From NCBI RefSeq assembly GCF_009914755.1, contig NC_060928.1: 64,000 nucleotides of DNA; one strand, 5' to 3'. Of the stretch, positions 57,874-64,000 are shown piece after piece. The position numbers and the translations under genes are program-made. The first letter of the stretch is position 1, and each line of letters starts with the position of its first letter. Below the pieces are notes generated by a model. The model searched no databases. It was given only the letters and a program-made list of their open reading frames with translations, and was not told the DNA's origin. This DNA comes from the human T2T-CHM13v2.0 reference genome, Homo sapiens.

Positions 57874-59008
57874 AACTTACCTTCAACATTTGTGATATCT
57901 AAAAGCCATGACCATTTCAGGGTCTCTGTTAATACTTACCTACGGTCATTTTTTTTTCTTGAACTCATTTAGGATCACAGCCTCTATATTTTCCTTATTA
58001 TATAGTAAAATGCAATTTCATTCGTCTTCTTACAATGCTACAAATAAGAGATTATAAAATTATTTATTTTATTAGTCTTTTACTTCTTTATTGAAAGAAA
58101 TCAATCAAAAGGCGTATATCTCCAAATTTTGTCTTCTCTCTTGTAGTTTTCTAATCTTTTTTATTTTGATGCATTTAATCTATTTTGCCCCTTTACCAAT
58201 GGCTTCTTTATTTTCTTTATAGTTTTTCTTACTTTCTTTGATAGTTTTTAGCATCAACTTCTCATGCTTCAAATGACATGTAAAATACTTCACTCATTAT
58301 TGTATTGCCCATTTTCTTAGATGTAGTTAAAAATGTTCAGTCCATGACATTCTGACAGTTTGCGATTTTTACTCAAAGGAAGATGCTAGCAGACCAAGTG
58401 AGACACATTTGGCAGTTGTGTTCCATTTAGTTTGAGTTAATAAAACAAGGGTGGGGGCAGGGGTATCACTTTGTGAGGAATGCAATGCATGGGAACTAAA
58501 TCAAGCACTTCTTGGGAATAAATGAGGATAGGAGGGGGAGAGAGAAAACAGAAATTCTGTAGTACATAAATTACAGATATTTTAACAGACAAAAAAAAAC
58601 CACTTTATCATTAGTCCTTAGTGACTGTAAAAACTTTGTAATTTTATCTGTGTAAGCAGAACCCATATTTGCTAATGGTGAATGAAACTAAATAAGATTC
58701 AACATGATTAAAATGTTAACGTGTAATATTTAACAGGATTTCTCCTGCATTGTCTCAGACAAGAAATATTTTTCATGATAATTTGGTAACTACAAAATTA
58801 GGAAATAAAAGCTTTTCAGAAGCCCACATAGAAAGCTGAAAAAAGATAGAATACTAAAATTTCTATACAACATGTATATTTTAAACACAGCTAATTATTG
58901 ATTTCATTCATAGCAAATTCTTAACATCCATGTGTACATATAGATTTATGTTATCTTTTTAAAATATATAGATTCAGCATGAATATAAAAATTTTAACTC
59001 TTATTCTA

Positions 59009-59404
<396 letters not shown>

Positions 59405-59869
59405 TCAGAAAATTGAGACTGAGTATTATTAACAATGACTAGTTATTATCCCCGCATGGTTGCACTGTTTTTTCTTCTTTTCTTTTTTTAGGTTTTTTTT
59501 TTTTTTTTTTTTTGGTAACTAGCTAGTTCTGGTTTACTCTATAACCAAATATGTGTAGTTTTAATTTTCTTCAGCTATGTTCTTATTCATTAATACTGCC
59601 TTGGATTTGTAGGTACTGTGCATTTTTCAAATACATTTTTAATTCAGATCCTCAATCTCACTATATACAACACTCCCCTTCTACCCCTCCCACATACACA
59701 CAGGTCTACCCACCACCATTAACACTACCACTAACGGCAACAATAACAAAAATAAACAGAAATATATAGATCATCATTAGTAACAACCTTGCCAAATTAA
59801 CTAGTAAGTTAATTTTTATACTTTAAAATTTTGTAGGAAGTTTTGTATACACTCGTTATCAAAAATAAA

Positions 59870-60325
59870 GTTTTATTTTTTCTTTACTATATACATATAT
59901 ATAGCTTTTATTTTTTCTTGCCTTATATCACTTGATAGTATCAATAGATAGTATCGATAGGGTCCAGTTGAATAGAAGTATTGATGCTTGACATTATTAT
60001 GTTTCTAACCTCAGGGGGAAAGTGTTCACTAATTCATCAATGATATATGACATTTGCTGTATTTTCATTGTGGATACCCTTTGTCAGATTCATGAAAATT
60101 CCCTTCTATTCCTAGCTTTCTGAAAATTTTCATTAAGAATGTGTATCGGCTTTTACTCCAATGAATATTTTGCCTATATTGAGATAACATTAAGACCTAT
60201 TCTGTTACTGTGGTGAACTATGTATTTATTATATTGAATGTTAAGCCAACATTGTATTTTTGGAATAAATCTCTATTGGTCATGATATATTATATTTTAA
60301 AATATTGGTAGATTCAATTTGCTGA
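59870..60325 (-). mobile_element. Old L1M ORF2 fragment, adjoining the L1PA
   Basis: GTTGAATAGAAGT..CTCAGGGGGAAAG..CCCTTCTATTCCTAG (reverse RT region). Confidence 0.65.

Positions 60326-64000
<3,675 letters not shown>

Noticed and set aside
57932-57941. ATACTTACCT, identical to the U1 snRNA 5' end
   Set aside because: The match stops after 10 nt. It is the complement of a consensus splice donor, not a U1 pseudogene.

Overview
This is AT-rich, CpG-poor primate (very probably human) genomic DNA, judged from AluY/AluS, L1PA/L1PB and THE1 elements. It reads as intergenic or deep-intronic. I find no host protein-coding gene, RNA gene, CpG island or CRISPR-like system. Roughly half the window is recognisable transposon: four long L1 copies, nine Alus, one full-length THE1 (MaLR) provirus with both LTRs and a 5-bp target-site duplication (TSD), several solo LTRs, DNA-transposon MITEs, L2/MIR relics and microsatellites. 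The longest ORFs are L1 ORF1/ORF2 or THE1-internal remnants; the rest are Alu-derived, low-complexity or unrecognisable short ORFs. I could not support a previously undescribed biological system. The best second-look items are small: nested palindromes at 28.4-28.6 kb, templated repair-like scars inside old L1s, a very short L1 insertion, candidate non-coding minus-strand exons (41.3 kb, 57.5-58.0 kb) and a few motif clusters. Subfamily names come from remembered consensus sequences, and boundaries of the old repeats are approximate.
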